A stretch of DNA of 64,000 nucleotides from Barthelona sp. PCE. Taxonomy: Eukaryota. Positions 63,100 through 64,000 of the stretch are shown in pieces. The notes under the pieces were generated by a model. That model was not told where the DNA came from. It saw only the letters and a list, made by a program, of their open reading frames with translations, and searched no databases. The DNA is taken from contig JAUFOR010000001.1 of assembly GCA_040285745.1 (NCBI GenBank), positions 186,001-250,000 of the forward strand, in the 5' to 3' direction. The position numbers were made by a program, and so were the translations under genes. Every line of letters starts with the position of its first letter. Positions within the stretch are counted from its first letter, which is position 1.

Positions 63100-63564
63100 A
63101 TGGTTTCACCCTTTACCCTTGAGTCAGCTCATGAAGCTGTCGAAGTAGATCTACTGGACGATGAATTTTTGGCTGAATTAATTGATTCAGCTCAATATGC
63201 AGAGGAAAATGAAATCGAAGAGATTCCAGAGCTTTTATTAGAAAAATTGACAAACCTGCACCATATACTTGATGTGGGTGCAGAGGATTTTGACGAAGAA
63301 AAGTATGAGGAACTTAGATTTGTACTTCACAATGATACAACTGTTTTCATGGTGTATTCACTGCTTAGAATATCTTGTATTATGCATACAATCCATGAAG
63401 CGGCGCGGTGTCAGGATAACGAGATCATTGATGAGTTTAGTTATCTTCTCTTTTCATATGAAGATGTTTTGGAACCAAGTTTCCGTTCATTCTTTTCAAA
63501 AACAGGGTTTCCACAGCCTTCAAATTTCTTTTCTAAGTTAAAAGCAATTTCGGTGGAAGAATAG
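63100..63564 (+). CDS. Small acidic uncharacterised protein
   Basis: 154-aa ORF with coding-like composition. Confidence 0.65.
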   Translation: MVSPFTLESAHEAVEVDLLDDEFLAELIDSAQYAEENEIEEIPELLLEKLTNLHHILDVGAEDFDEEKYEELRFVLHNDTTVFMVYSLLRISCIMHTIHEAARCQDNEIIDEFSYLLFSYEDVLEPSFRSFFSKTGFPQPSNFFSKLKAISVEE

Positions 63565-64000
63565 GCGTAGGCAAAACATTGCTTGTTTATTATTTGTGTA
63601 TCAGACTAATTTTTGTTTTTAACCGTTGTCACTAAGCTAAATGTGTAAATTTTCAAACGGGATATTGAGCAATTTTCGTTTCAGTTTGTACGCAGTTCTT
63701 CGGAATTTTATTTTTTGTTCTCTTTAAATGGTTTGGCTGTTATATACTCTTACAATGTTATGTTTAAGATGTGCAAACCATGTTTTTACATCAATATGAA
63801 AGTAAACTTTCTGTTGTTAACAATGTGACGATGTTATACATTATTATGCATTACTAAGAGGCATACAATAGTTCTAAAATGCAAATTACAGGTGATATTA
63901 GTAGATTAAACTGAAGTTAGATAACCTCCATTTTCAACCTTTGTGTATTAATATAATTTGAGCTTTACCTGTCTATAAAGCGGAGTTAAATAAGAAGTTA

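Noticed and set aside
63911-63924. Minus-strand CTAACTTCAG, similar to the intron 3' motif
   Set aside because: One nucleotide shorter than the TCP1 intron motif and followed by stops within about 20 codons; no exon supported.

Overview
Eukaryotic, very gene-dense and almost intron-free DNA with about 33 protein-coding genes and intergenic gaps of often under 100 bp; some convergent genes overlap at their 3' ends. Recognisable genes are two copines, NADP-glutamate dehydrogenase (plus a duplicated 3' fragment), separase, PNO1, a Tctex1-type dynein light chain, a degenerate kinesin, an XRN-like nuclease, V-ATPase subunit G, CCT-alpha, Sys1, a MORN-repeat protein, a TEX47/DYBLUP-like protein, an RWD protein, Vps18 and a class-IV aminotransferase, among many orphans. 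I found one spliceosomal intron (in CCT-alpha; GTTTGT...ACTAACATTCAG, fused branch point/3' splice site). That intron, a recurrent AGTAAAY motif at stop codons and the flagellar genes suggest a metamonad-like flagellate (inference; species not identifiable here). The most unusual structure lies in two accessory regions (about 1-10 kb and 38-42 kb). (i) Two non-coding modules recur: A precedes both copine genes, B follows two orphan genes and carries the putative poly(A) signal, and one A-B pair is joined with no gene between. (ii) One B copy holds a 120-bp GGG...CCC insertion between GCATAC repeats, and another B copy shows only the tandem GCATAC footprint. (iii) An 838-bp direct duplication brackets a 978-bp hairpin-rich non-coding insert. 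All alignments and folds were done by eye.
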